Source of the DNA: a virus
Lineage: Duplodnaviria > Caudoviricetes
Strand: one strand, 5' to 3'
Virus record (IMG/VR): IMGVR_UViG_3300033076_000611
Span: 1-24,915 of that record
Length of the DNA stretch: 24,915 nucleotides
This document shows, one piece after another, positions 8,990 through 16,149 of the stretch. The translations under genes and the position numbers were made by a program. Positions within the stretch are counted from its first letter, which is position 1. Each line of letters opens with the position of its first letter. The notes under the pieces are model-generated. The model did not search any database, was not told the origin of the DNA, and worked only from the letters and a program-made list of their open reading frames with translations.

Positions 8990-9401
8990 GCTGCACCTCG
9001 TCGCCCAATGCCACCCGCCACCCCGTATCCACCACCACCAACGGCTCAACACTCACCACCAGTCCGCCGCCCTTCACGATCGGCCCGCGCTCAATCAGCA
9101 GCCGGTCAATCTGCGAGTCGTTGAGATAAACCCCGGCGTGCTGGAGGCTGTCGAGCACCGACTTGAACAGGTTGTCGAGGTCGCGCGCCCTGCGGTCCGG
9201 TGGGCTCGCGAGGATGGCGACCGACAGCGGGACGTCGTAGCACTTCCGCGCCTTGGCCTCGCGCACCACGGCGTCAACCGCCAATCGGTACGCCCTGCCC
9301 TCCTCGCTGATGAGGACGCGGCCAGCGAGCGCACCACGGCTGATGCTGCGGTAGTAGCGATTGACGCTTGGCGGCCAGGGGAGCGTGAGGCTAATGGTCA
9401 T
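8982..9401 (-). CDS. rusA: RusA family Holliday junction resolvase
   Basis: LPWPPSVNRYYR, PPDRRARDLDNLFKSVLDSL and NDSQID are characteristic RusA motifs. Confidence 0.93.
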   Translation of the reverse strand: MTISLTLPWPPSVNRYYRSISRGALAGRVLISEEGRAYRLAVDAVVREAKARKCYDVPLSVAILASPPDRRARDLDNLFKSVLDSLQHAGVYLNDSQIDRLLIERGPIVKGGGLVVSVEPLVVVDTGWRVALGDEVQRA

Positions 9402-9594
9402 GGGCGCGAGCCTTTGCCGCTTCTGCCGAATCGAACGGCCCGGCTACGAACTCGATCCTGGTGGCGTTCACACGCCGCGAGAGCACGTAGCTGAAGCTGC
9501 CGAGCCAGATCCCGTCCCGCTGCCGCTCCCACTTCTCGATCAGCCAGCGGCCGTCCGTCAGGCTGTTCGGGCCGGCCTTTCGCCACTGGCTCAC
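9391..9594 (-). CDS. Hypothetical protein
   Basis: 67 aa; GTG overlaps the upstream stop (GTGA) and the end overlaps the rusA start. Confidence 0.65.
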   Translation of the reverse strand: MSQWRKAGPNSLTDGRWLIEKWERQRDGIWLGSFSYVLSRRVNATRIEFVAGPFDSAEAAKARAHDH

Positions 9595-9731
9595 GGCTGC
9601 TCATCGGTGCCGGGCTCGTAGGTGAAGGCAGGGCATCGTGTCCGCGCTGGGGCGTCGTACTTCGAGCACCACAACACCGGGCGGAATTGGCCCAGAAGGG
9701 CGTGCGAGTGGTGGCAAGAGAAGCAGGTCAT
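9591..9731 (-). CDS. Small Cys-containing hypothetical protein (46 aa, possibly Zn-binding)
   Basis: Below the ORF-track cutoff; MTCFSCHHSHALLGQFRPVLWCSKYDAPARTRCPAFTYEPGTDEQP, with ATGA and GTGA overlaps at its ends. Confidence 0.65.
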   Translation of the reverse strand: MTCFSCHHSHALLGQFRPVLWCSKYDAPARTRCPAFTYEPGTDEQP

Positions 9732-10369
9732 GCCTGCGCCCCGTCGCCCGGATTCGGCAGCCGACGCATCATCCCGGAGAGCAGGCCACCGACCGACTGC
9801 GGCCCGTCATGTCCAAGCCGGGGCATGGCGTCGATCTGGTCCGGGGCGTGGGTGAGCATCATCGACTCGGCGTGCTGGTGCGTGATCCGCATTCGCTCGC
9901 GCGCCTCAATGATCGCGGCGGCTCTGCCGGACTTGTCGTGGCCCATTGAGGCAAACCAGCGCGGCGGCTTGCTGTCGTCGCGGGCCTTCTGCACTTCGCG
10001 CCGGTAGACCTCAAGGAACGCCATGCGCCCGCTCACCATTTCGCCAGCGTCAATGAGTTCGCGAGCAGCGCCGAATGCCTTAGCCATTTCGTCCGTGATG
10101 ACAGCCGAGTCGGCCTCGTGCTTCGGCATCAGCGACCACGCCTCCTCCGGCCCCGGCCTGCCGTCGTCCATGCGGCTGATGACATCCGCCAGCACCAGTC
10201 GGCCCTTGACCTCGCGCCGGCACCGGGTCAGCGCCGCAAGGACTTGCGGCAGCGGGTAGGCAGCAAGGTCGTCGGCAAACACGCGGGCCGCGCCTTCGCT
10301 CAGGTCAGTGCCGGTCAGTTCTGCCGTCACCGCAATGGCGCGGAAAAGTTCGATGTCAGAATTGCCCAT
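9728..10369 (-). CDS. Replication accessory protein (helicase loader, lambda P position)
   Basis: Follows the initiator; LAALTRCRREVKGRLVLADVISRMDDGRPGPEEAW is typical of proteins at this locus; ATG 10369 overlaps the end of the initiator. Confidence 0.7.
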   Translation of the reverse strand: MGNSDIELFRAIAVTAELTGTDLSEGAARVFADDLAAYPLPQVLAALTRCRREVKGRLVLADVISRMDDGRPGPEEAWSLMPKHEADSAVITDEMAKAFGAARELIDAGEMVSGRMAFLEVYRREVQKARDDSKPPRWFASMGHDKSGRAAAIIEARERMRITHQHAESMMLTHAPDQIDAMPRLGHDGPQSVGGLLSGMMRRLPNPGDGAQA

Positions 10370-11288
10370 TGGCTTCCTCGCGTTCCCGGATGAGTTTTTG
10401 CCAGACGTCGCCGTTGGCCTGAGTGCGGTCGGCCTGCTTGGCGGAGGTGTTGGTGATGCGGCGGTTGGTGGCCCACTCGGTGCGCAGCTTCTCGGCGTCG
10501 GCCAGCAGCGCGGCGACGGTGTGGCCCTTGGTGACGTACCAGCTGGCGTTGTGCCCGACGTACCACGCGGCCACGTGCGGGGCGTCATCGCCGCCTATGC
10601 GCTTCACGAGGTTTGCTAGTTGGGCGTTGACCTGGGCATTGCGCACAGGCTGGATTCCGTAGCGCCGTTCGTAGGCCGTCGAGTAGGCATCCCAAGTCGC
10701 TGCGGAAACTGGCGGCTGTACCGTGGGAGCGATAGCGACCACGGAACCTATTGGGGTTGTCTTTTGGGGTTGTCTATTGGGGTTGTCTATTGTGTGTGCC
10801 GTTTTGGCATCATCAGGATGCCGTTTTGGCATCATGCGTGTGCCAATTTGGCACGGGGTTGATGCCGTTTTGGCATCCTCTGAGGGCGTGTCGTTTTGGC
10901 ACGGCGATGCCGTTTCGGCATGTGCCAATTTGGCATCATTGCGTGCCGTTTTGGCATCATACTTGGCGGGCGTTTCAGCGGCCCAAGTCCGGTAGTTTTT
11001 CTGGACCCCAAGCACTTTCCCGAAATGGCCGGAAGCAACGGTGATGACTCCACGCTCTTGCAGCGAGTCGATAGCGCGGCTCACGTTGGCGCGGTCTAGC
11101 CCGGTCATCGCGGCCAACATGGTGTTGGTCAGGTCGTCCGTTTTCTTGTTGAACCCGTAGGTCTTGCGGATGATGGCCATCAGCACCAGCAGTTCGCGCT
11201 TGCTGAAATCGGCCAGGAGGATGGCGTCGTAAAGTTCGCTGGCAATGCGGACAAACCCGTCCTCAACCTGAGGCGTCTGCTTGCTCAA
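10356..11288 (-). CDS. Replication initiator, lambda O-like
   Basis: N-terminal EDGFVRIASELYDAILLADFSKRELLVLMAIIRKTYGFNKKTD (Phage_rep_O-like); iterons lie in the central linker. Confidence 0.9.
   Translation of the reverse strand: MSKQTPQVEDGFVRIASELYDAILLADFSKRELLVLMAIIRKTYGFNKKTDDLTNTMLAAMTGLDRANVSRAIDSLQERGVITVASGHFGKVLGVQKNYRTWAAETPAKYDAKTARNDAKLAHAETASPCQNDTPSEDAKTASTPCQIGTRMMPKRHPDDAKTAHTIDNPNRQPQKTTPIGSVVAIAPTVQPPVSAATWDAYSTAYERRYGIQPVRNAQVNAQLANLVKRIGGDDAPHVAAWYVGHNASWYVTKGHTVAALLADAEKLRTEWATNRRITNTSAKQADRTQANGDVWQKLIREREEANGQF
10748..10958. repeat. Replication origin: eight iterons plus three tandem 13-mers
   Basis: TGCC-N5-GGCA-type repeats (consensus TGCCGTTTTGGCA) start at 10797, 10819, 10841, 10863, 10889, 10908, 10923 and 10944. 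CT(A/T)TTGGGGTTGT occurs three times at 10748-10786. Confidence 0.88.
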
Positions 11289-11593
11289 GCGTCATCCTCC
11301 GCAAGCTGCTCCGCGTGCTCGATGTGCCGCAACCTGGCCTTGGCCAGCACCAGCAGGCTTTCAATCTCCTCCGCCGGGTAACACTTGAACCCCACCGGCA
11401 CCAGCTTCAGCCCGAGCCGTGCGGCCAGCTTGGTGAGCATGGGGATTTCCTTCGTTTTCCAGCGGGAAACCGTGCTTCCGTCGACGCCACAAGCCTCCGC
11501 AGCAGCCTCCAAGCCAACGTCGGCAAGCCTCTGCAAGACAATCGACTCGTTCTTGCGTGCCCTCTCAGTGACGTTCAGCGATGGTGTGTTCAC
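11285..11593 (-). CDS. cII: CII-like transcriptional activator
   Basis: ARKNESIVLQRLADVGLEAAAEACGVDGSTVSRWK parallels lambda CII; lies between cro and O; GTG start at 11593. Confidence 0.85.
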   Translation of the reverse strand: MNTPSLNVTERARKNESIVLQRLADVGLEAAAEACGVDGSTVSRWKTKEIPMLTKLAARLGLKLVPVGFKCYPAEEIESLLVLAKARLRHIEHAEQLAEDDA

Positions 11594-11715
11594 GCCAACA
11601 GCACCCCGAGGTTCGCCCCGATGACCAGCGCCAGGAGCCCGGCTGCCAGCCAAAAAATGCCCTCCCGCATGGGCCGGGAGGGTGGCAAATGCCACTTGCT
11701 AGGGGAGGGAGTCAT
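11590..11715 (-). CDS. 41-aa membrane micro-protein between cro and cII
   Basis: MTPSPSKWHLPPSRPMREGIFWLAAGLLALVIGANLGVLLA; starts 1 nt after the cro stop and its stop overlaps the cII GTG. Confidence 0.55.
   Translation of the reverse strand: MTPSPSKWHLPPSRPMREGIFWLAAGLLALVIGANLGVLLA
11652..11682 (-). terminator. tR1-like terminator after cro
   Basis: Minus strand CCCTCCCG-GCCCATG-CGGGAGGG followed by CATTTTTT. Confidence 0.6.
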
Positions 11716-11716
11716 G

Positions 11717-11899
11717 TCAGGCGGCTTGCAGCCGTTCGGCTTTCAGCGCGCCATCGGTCGCCAGCTCAATCTCGAACTGGCGGCCACGGGGGATTCGGCC
11801 ACGGCTGAACCATGCCCAAACGGTGCGGCGGTCAAGGTCGAGCGCTTTCGCGATCTCGGCCTGCGTGCCAAAGTGGTGTTGTAGGTCGGTGAGTGTCAT
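11717..11899 (-). CDS. cro: Cro-like repressor
   Basis: HFGTQAEIAKALDLDRRTVWAW...IPRGRQFEIELATDGALKA; divergent from cI. Confidence 0.92.
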   Translation of the reverse strand: MTLTDLQHHFGTQAEIAKALDLDRRTVWAWFSRGRIPRGRQFEIELATDGALKAERLQAA

Positions 11900-11900
11900 G

Positions 11901-11948
11901 GTCAACAGTTGTAGACCATTTGGGCGAATCATGTCAACCACGGTTGAC
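11901..11948. promoter_or_regulatory. OR operators and pR promoter
   Basis: Palindromes GTCAAC-AGTT-GTAGAC (11901-11916) and GTCAAC-CACG-GTTGAC (11933-11948); minus-strand TTGACA-N18-TACAAC just upstream of the cro ATG. Confidence 0.82.
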
Positions 11949-11972
11949 CACTGTCATGCCATGAATGCGTTC

Positions 11973-12431
11973 ATGGCCAAACCAACTAAAGATTACCCCA
12001 CGCCCTTTGCCGAGCGGCTGGATGATGCGTTGTTGGAATCCGGCAAAAAAAAGTCGGACGTCTACAACGCCATCGGGTCGAACAAGCAGGCGTGGTCAGC
12101 TTGGATGAACCGAGGCTCAATCCCTGAGCCTTCCACCGCGCTAAAACTTGCCATGGAGCTTGGCGTCAACGTCCGATGGCTCATCGATGGCAAAGGACAG
12201 CGCAAAGCCGTGAAGCAACAGTTCTCCCAGGACCAAATTGACATTGCCGAAGCGTGGCCAAATTTGCCGCCGCTCCTGCAGGAGCAAATCGCTTTGCTCA
12301 TTCGGCATTCCGCCGCCGATGCCGTCCCTACGCTGCGAAACGCAATGACCAGCGGCGACCGTGAGGATCAAGAGCGCGCCAACCGTTTGCTTGAGGCCGC
12401 GCAGGAAAAGGCGCGCAAAGACAAGCCGTGA
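11973..12431 (+). CDS. cI: CI-like repressor (XRE HTH, no S24 peptidase domain)
   Basis: FAERLDDAL...SNKQAWSAWMNRGSIPE...LGVNVRWLIDGKG; helical C-terminus; alternative start at ATG 11961. Confidence 0.85.
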   Translation: MAKPTKDYPTPFAERLDDALLESGKKKSDVYNAIGSNKQAWSAWMNRGSIPEPSTALKLAMELGVNVRWLIDGKGQRKAVKQQFSQDQIDIAEAWPNLPPLLQEQIALLIRHSAADAVPTLRNAMTSGDREDQERANRLLEAAQEKARKDKP

Positions 12432-12619
12432 ACGCCGGTGAAGCCCTTCGTCGCTTTGGCGCAGTCATGGGTGCACTGATTGCAGGCTTCGGGATCTATC
12501 TTCCGTTCGATACCGTCAACCCCAAAATTATGGAATCAATTGGCACTGCGGCGGGCTGTATTGCAGCCGGGGCGGCCATCTACTGGGTCTTTTCCGGGTT
12601 TGCGGTGCCTAAGCAATGA
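12428..12619 (+). CDS. Small two-TM membrane protein in the cI operon
   Basis: GTGA overlap with cI; two hydrophobic segments. Confidence 0.7.
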   Translation: MNAGEALRRFGAVMGALIAGFGIYLPFDTVNPKIMESIGTAAGCIAAGAAIYWVFSGFAVPKQ

Positions 12620-12659
12620 TTAAGCGCGCGCCTGATAGCTTGCTCCATGGATTCGCCCG

Positions 12660-12941
12660 GTGAACCGCCAAGGCTACGCTGCCGTGCTAGCGCCCAATCT
12701 GCCGAAGGCGGTGGCGGAAATGCTGCGGGATGATCTGTTCTGGTTTGATGATTGCCCGTATTTATGTTGTTCCCGGATTGACCTTGAAGCGCCCTTTGCA
12801 ACGCTTCAACTGCTGCGGCCAGATGGCGCAGCGCCTCTGACAGTTCATGTTCCACTAGGCTGCATTGTGCTGGTGGTTGAATATGACGACCGTAATCCAC
12901 CAGGATTTCTTGCCTCGGCGGAAAGCTCGCAAACCCCATAA
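12660..12941 (+). CDS. Hypothetical protein in the immunity region
   Basis: 93 aa, globular beta-rich pattern, PPGF near the C-terminus; weak Shine-Dalgarno. Confidence 0.6.
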   Translation: MNRQGYAAVLAPNLPKAVAEMLRDDLFWFDDCPYLCCSRIDLEAPFATLQLLRPDGAAPLTVHVPLGCIVLVVEYDDRNPPGFLASAESSQTP

Positions 12942-13101
12942 GCATTGGCCTAGCCGGCCCGTTTCTTGTTTCCATTCCCGCGCTCCTGGTTGCGTTTAAA
13001 ACGCAGCGGGGAGCCGTAACCCTCCCCGCTTCGCCAGCCCGGTTGTCAGTCGGGCTTTCCATGCTTGAGCCAGCGCAGTCTAGATTTATTTCGCCCTGAA
13101 G

Positions 13102-13148
13102 GTCTACACCTGTTGACGTTGCGATTCCATGCGTCTACAGTTGCAGAC
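13102..13148 (+). promoter_or_regulatory. OL operators and pL promoter
   Basis: GTCTAC-ACCT-GTTGAC (13102-13117) and GTCTAC-AGTT-GCAGAC (13133-13148) match the OR consensus; TTGACG(13113)-N17-TACAGT(13136). Confidence 0.85.
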
Positions 13149-13186
13149 ACACCGCCACCAAACACCCGGCGGACATGGAGGAAGAG

Positions 13187-13579
13187 ATGGCACATCTGTC
13201 CCGCGAATACCCCCAGCTAGCGGCGCTTGCCGCCAGCATCACCACCGACGACGGCGACTGGCTCGACACCCGCGTGTCTGACCGCGCCGAGTTCACCGCC
13301 GCGTTCATCGAAACCGACTGGTTCACCGAGTCGCTCGCCAATGCGTGGGACGACTCGACGCTCAAGGCCGACATGGCCACGAACTTCAAGCCGGGCTCCG
13401 GCGCGACTCGGGCCGAGCGGCACCGCGACATCGGCGCCATGTTCACCGCGCTGGTCGACAGCCTTGCTGGCGAAGCCTATGAGGCCTTGCTTGACGAAGC
13501 CGACCTTGTTGGCGAGCGCATGACGACCGACGCCGGTAACCGCGCCGATATGGCCTATGCGATGGGGGGTGCGCTGTGA
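13187..13579 (+). CDS. Hypothetical acidic early protein, first gene of the pL operon
   Basis: GGAGG Shine-Dalgarno before ATG 13187; high-GC codon pattern. Confidence 0.75.
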   Translation: MAHLSREYPQLAALAASITTDDGDWLDTRVSDRAEFTAAFIETDWFTESLANAWDDSTLKADMATNFKPGSGATRAERHRDIGAMFTALVDSLAGEAYEALLDEADLVGERMTTDAGNRADMAYAMGGAL

Positions 13580-13770
13580 TCCTTGTCACCGACCGCACCA
13601 TTTCCGGCCCTGACGTTGACCGCATGGCGTCCGCCATCGGCGCTCGCGTCGAGTACAGGTCCGGCGAAGTCCTCGTGACCCGCCGCCCGACCAAGGCGCA
13701 GGCGTTGGCGCACTACCGCCACATGCAGGAGCAGGCGCTCGCTGAGGCGCTGCAGGCGGTGGCCCCATGA
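13576..13770 (+). CDS. Hypothetical protein
   Basis: GTGA and ATGA overlaps with its neighbours. Confidence 0.7.
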   Translation: MILVTDRTISGPDVDRMASAIGARVEYRSGEVLVTRRPTKAQALAHYRHMQEQALAEALQAVAP

Positions 13771-14045
13771 CCGCGCACGCCTTCCACGCCATGCACATCA
13801 ACAGCCGGGCTGCGCACATCCTCATTTGCCAGACCTTGCCGGCGCGAAAGTCCGAGGTTTACGGCGCTGTCCTGACCTTGGCCTGCGCTACCGACCGCGA
13901 CGTAGCCGCCCTGTTGGGCTATGCCGACCTGAACCGTGTCCGCCCGCGCATCACCGAAATGCTGGGCGAGGGCACGCTGATTGAGCGCGACTCGCGCCGC
14001 TGCCCGGTGACGCATCGCATGGTGCGCACGGTGTCGCTGCCATGA
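13767..14045 (+). CDS. Winged-helix DNA-binding protein (putative)
   Basis: ATDRDVAALLG...NRVRPRITEML...RRCPVTHR pattern. Confidence 0.65.
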   Translation: MTAHAFHAMHINSRAAHILICQTLPARKSEVYGAVLTLACATDRDVAALLGYADLNRVRPRITEMLGEGTLIERDSRRCPVTHRMVRTVSLP

Positions 14046-14227
14046 ATCAACGCATCAACCCCAAGCTGGGCATCCCCTGCCTTTACAGCGGCCCACAGGC
14101 GACGCGCAAGCCGCGCACCGACTGGGCCTACGTCGGGGAAATCATCCTCAACGCCGTCCTCGGCCTCCTCTACACCGTCTTTTTCGTCGCTGCCTGCTTT
14201 GCGGTCGGCGCGGGGGTTATGCAATGA
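14042..14227 (+). CDS. Small membrane protein
   Basis: C-terminal hydrophobic helix; ATGA overlaps at both ends. Confidence 0.7.
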   Translation: MNQRINPKLGIPCLYSGPQATRKPRTDWAYVGEIILNAVLGLLYTVFFVAACFAVGAGVMQ

Positions 14228-14808
14228 ATCTGGAACACGCGACGCCGGAACTCTTCACGGCGCTAGTGGCGGCGCAGTCCGAAATGGAAAACGCCACCAA
14301 GAACGCGACCAATCCGCATCTAAAGAACAAGTACGCCGACCTATCCAGCATCCTAGCGCAGACCCGCCCAGTGCTGGCCGCGCATGGCTTGGCGCTGATT
14401 CAGTCCACCGGCTATGACGGAAACCTCGTCACCGTCACAACGGCGATTTGCCACACGGGCGGTGGCTACGTTTCGAGTGTAGCTGCCTGCGCGCCGGCCA
14501 AAGTTGATCCGCAAGGCGTCGGCAGTGCGACCACCTATCTGCGCCGTTACTCGCTCGCCGCCATGTGCGGAATCACCCAGGAGGACGACGACGGCGAGGA
14601 CGCCAGCAAGCGCAAGGGGCGTGGCGATGGCGAGCCCATCGGGGGCCGCTATCCGGCAGAGCGCAAGACCCTTGAAGCCTGCGCATCTATGGGCGCGCTA
14701 CAGGCCGCGTGGAAGGCTCTGCGCCCGGAAGTGCGCGAGGCTCTTGTGGATGTCAAAGAATCCTGTAAATCGCGCATTGAGCAGGCCGACTCGGAATTGG
14801 CTGCATGA
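14224..14808 (+). CDS. erf: ERF-family single-strand annealing recombinase
   Basis: NPHLKNKYADLSSI and DPQGVGSATTYLRRYSLAAMCGITQEDDDG. Confidence 0.93.
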   Translation: MNLEHATPELFTALVAAQSEMENATKNATNPHLKNKYADLSSILAQTRPVLAAHGLALIQSTGYDGNLVTVTTAICHTGGGYVSSVAACAPAKVDPQGVGSATTYLRRYSLAAMCGITQEDDDGEDASKRKGRGDGEPIGGRYPAERKTLEACASMGALQAAWKALRPEVREALVDVKESCKSRIEQADSELAA

Positions 14809-15452
14809 GGCTAATCAACTGCGAACAAGGCAGCACCGAATGGCTGCGCGCTCGCCTCGGCATCCCGACCGCGAGCCGCGCCGCTGATGTGTTGGCCAAG
14901 GGGCGCGCTAAGAAGGACGAGCCAGCGCCGCCCGGACAGAAGCGCATGGACTACGCCATCGAACTGGCTTTCGAGCGCGTGTCCGGCGGACTGCTCGACT
15001 TCCCAGTCACGGCAGCCATGCAGCGCGGCACCGACCTTGAGCCGGAAGCGCGGGAGGCTTACGAAATCCGCACAGGCGCTTTCGTGGGCCGCATTGGCTT
15101 TGCGCTGCACGACACGCTGGAAGCCGGCGCTAGCCCTGACGGCCTCATCGGCGACGACGGACTGGTCGAAATCAAATGCCCCATGTCGCAGGTCAAGACG
15201 GCAGCCATGTGGGCGACGGGCGACGTTTCGGAGTATGTCGCGCAGGCCGAATGGCAGCTGTGGATTACGGGCCGGGACTGGTGCGACATTGCGGTTTATG
15301 ACCCGCGCTTGGCGTACTCGCGCATGGACTTGCTCATCGTGCGGCATCGCATGACGGACGCGGCGCGAGCGCTGCTGGAAGTCGAAGTGCCGCTGTTCCT
15401 GGCGGAAGTCGCGCAGTGGCAGAAAGCCATTGCGGCAAGGCGGGCGGCATGA
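14805..15452 (+). CDS. YqaJ/lambda-exonuclease family protein
   Basis: QGSTEWLRARLGIPTAS, MQRGTDLEPEAR, GASPDGL, VEIKCP and QLWITGRDWCD. Confidence 0.93.
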   Translation: MRLINCEQGSTEWLRARLGIPTASRAADVLAKGRAKKDEPAPPGQKRMDYAIELAFERVSGGLLDFPVTAAMQRGTDLEPEAREAYEIRTGAFVGRIGFALHDTLEAGASPDGLIGDDGLVEIKCPMSQVKTAAMWATGDVSEYVAQAEWQLWITGRDWCDIAVYDPRLAYSRMDLLIVRHRMTDAARALLEVEVPLFLAEVAQWQKAIAARRAA

Positions 15453-15625
15453 ATCGCCCCAAGCGCCACTACCGCCACATGACCCCAGCCGCCGCGCAGG
15501 AAATCCGGCGGCGCTATTTCGCCCGCGAGGCCAAGCAAGCGCAACTCGCGCAGGAGTTCGGCATCTCGCAAGGTTCCGTTTCACGAATTGTTTCTGGCGG
15601 CTCTTGGTGCCGCATCAACTACTGA
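15449..15625 (+). CDS. Small HTH protein
   Basis: KQAQLAQEFGISQGSVSRIVSG; ATGA overlap with the exonuclease. Confidence 0.78.
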   Translation: MNRPKRHYRHMTPAAAQEIRRRYFAREAKQAQLAQEFGISQGSVSRIVSGGSWCRINY

Positions 15626-15634
15626 GGATTGCAC

Positions 15635-15943
15635 ATGGCTTATGAGCAGAGAGATATGTCGGGCACGCTTTTTCCCGAACAGCGCAAGAAAAGCGAGAAG
15701 GCCCCGGACTGGACCGGCACAGTCCTCATCAACGGCGAAACGTGGCGCTTGGCGGCGTGGACGAAACAGGGCCAGCGCGGGGAGTTTCTGAGCCTCAAAG
15801 TCAGCGAACCGCAGCCGGCCAGCGACCGCGATACGGCAGCGCGTGGCGTCGAGCAGGCGCGATATGCCGCAAACGGCGACAGGCCGAAGCCGCGCCGGGA
15901 AACGGTGGTCGACCCGGACCTTAACGATGATTTGCCTTTCTGA
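15635..15943 (+). CDS. SSB-like protein (DUF736-like) with acidic tail
   Basis: KAPDWTGTVLING...WRLAAW...FLSLKVSEP; ends DDLPF like SSB tails; lies in the recombination module. Confidence 0.72.
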   Translation: MAYEQRDMSGTLFPEQRKKSEKAPDWTGTVLINGETWRLAAWTKQGQRGEFLSLKVSEPQPASDRDTAARGVEQARYAANGDRPKPRRETVVDPDLNDDLPF

Positions 15944-16149
15944 TGCCGGCTCGCGATTCAGGCTGGCACCAGCATTCGCGCAGGCTCAGTGAAGCGATGG
16001 GCTTCAAGGCTTGCGTGAAATGCGGCGAACGCAAAAGGGCCGATGCGTTTTATCAGGACAAGCACGCGCCAGGAGGAGTCAGGCAGGAATGCAAAGCCTG
16101 CGAGGGTTACTGGATGTCGATGCGGAAGGAAAGGAGGAAGAAAGCGTGA
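15943..16149 (+). CDS. Small Zn-finger protein
   Basis: KACVKCGERK...AFY...ECKAC, two CxxC pairs. Confidence 0.65.
   Translation: MPARDSGWHQHSRRLSEAMGFKACVKCGERKRADAFYQDKHAPGGVRQECKACEGYWMSMRKERRKKA

Noticed and set aside
10370-10588. N-terminal extension of the P-position gene in the ORF track
   Set aside because: Low-complexity P/T/S/R translation overlapping the initiator; ATG 10369 has a GAGGAAG Shine-Dalgarno and fits better.
10797-10958. Regularly spaced palindromic repeats suggesting a CRISPR array
   Set aside because: Repeats are about 13-15 bp with gaps of 13 bp or less, lie inside the initiator gene and have no cas genes nearby; iterons explain them.
11500-11650. pRE with a lambda-type CII site (TTGC-N6-TTGC)
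   Set aside because: No such direct repeat found near the cII start; this CII probably recognises a different sequence.
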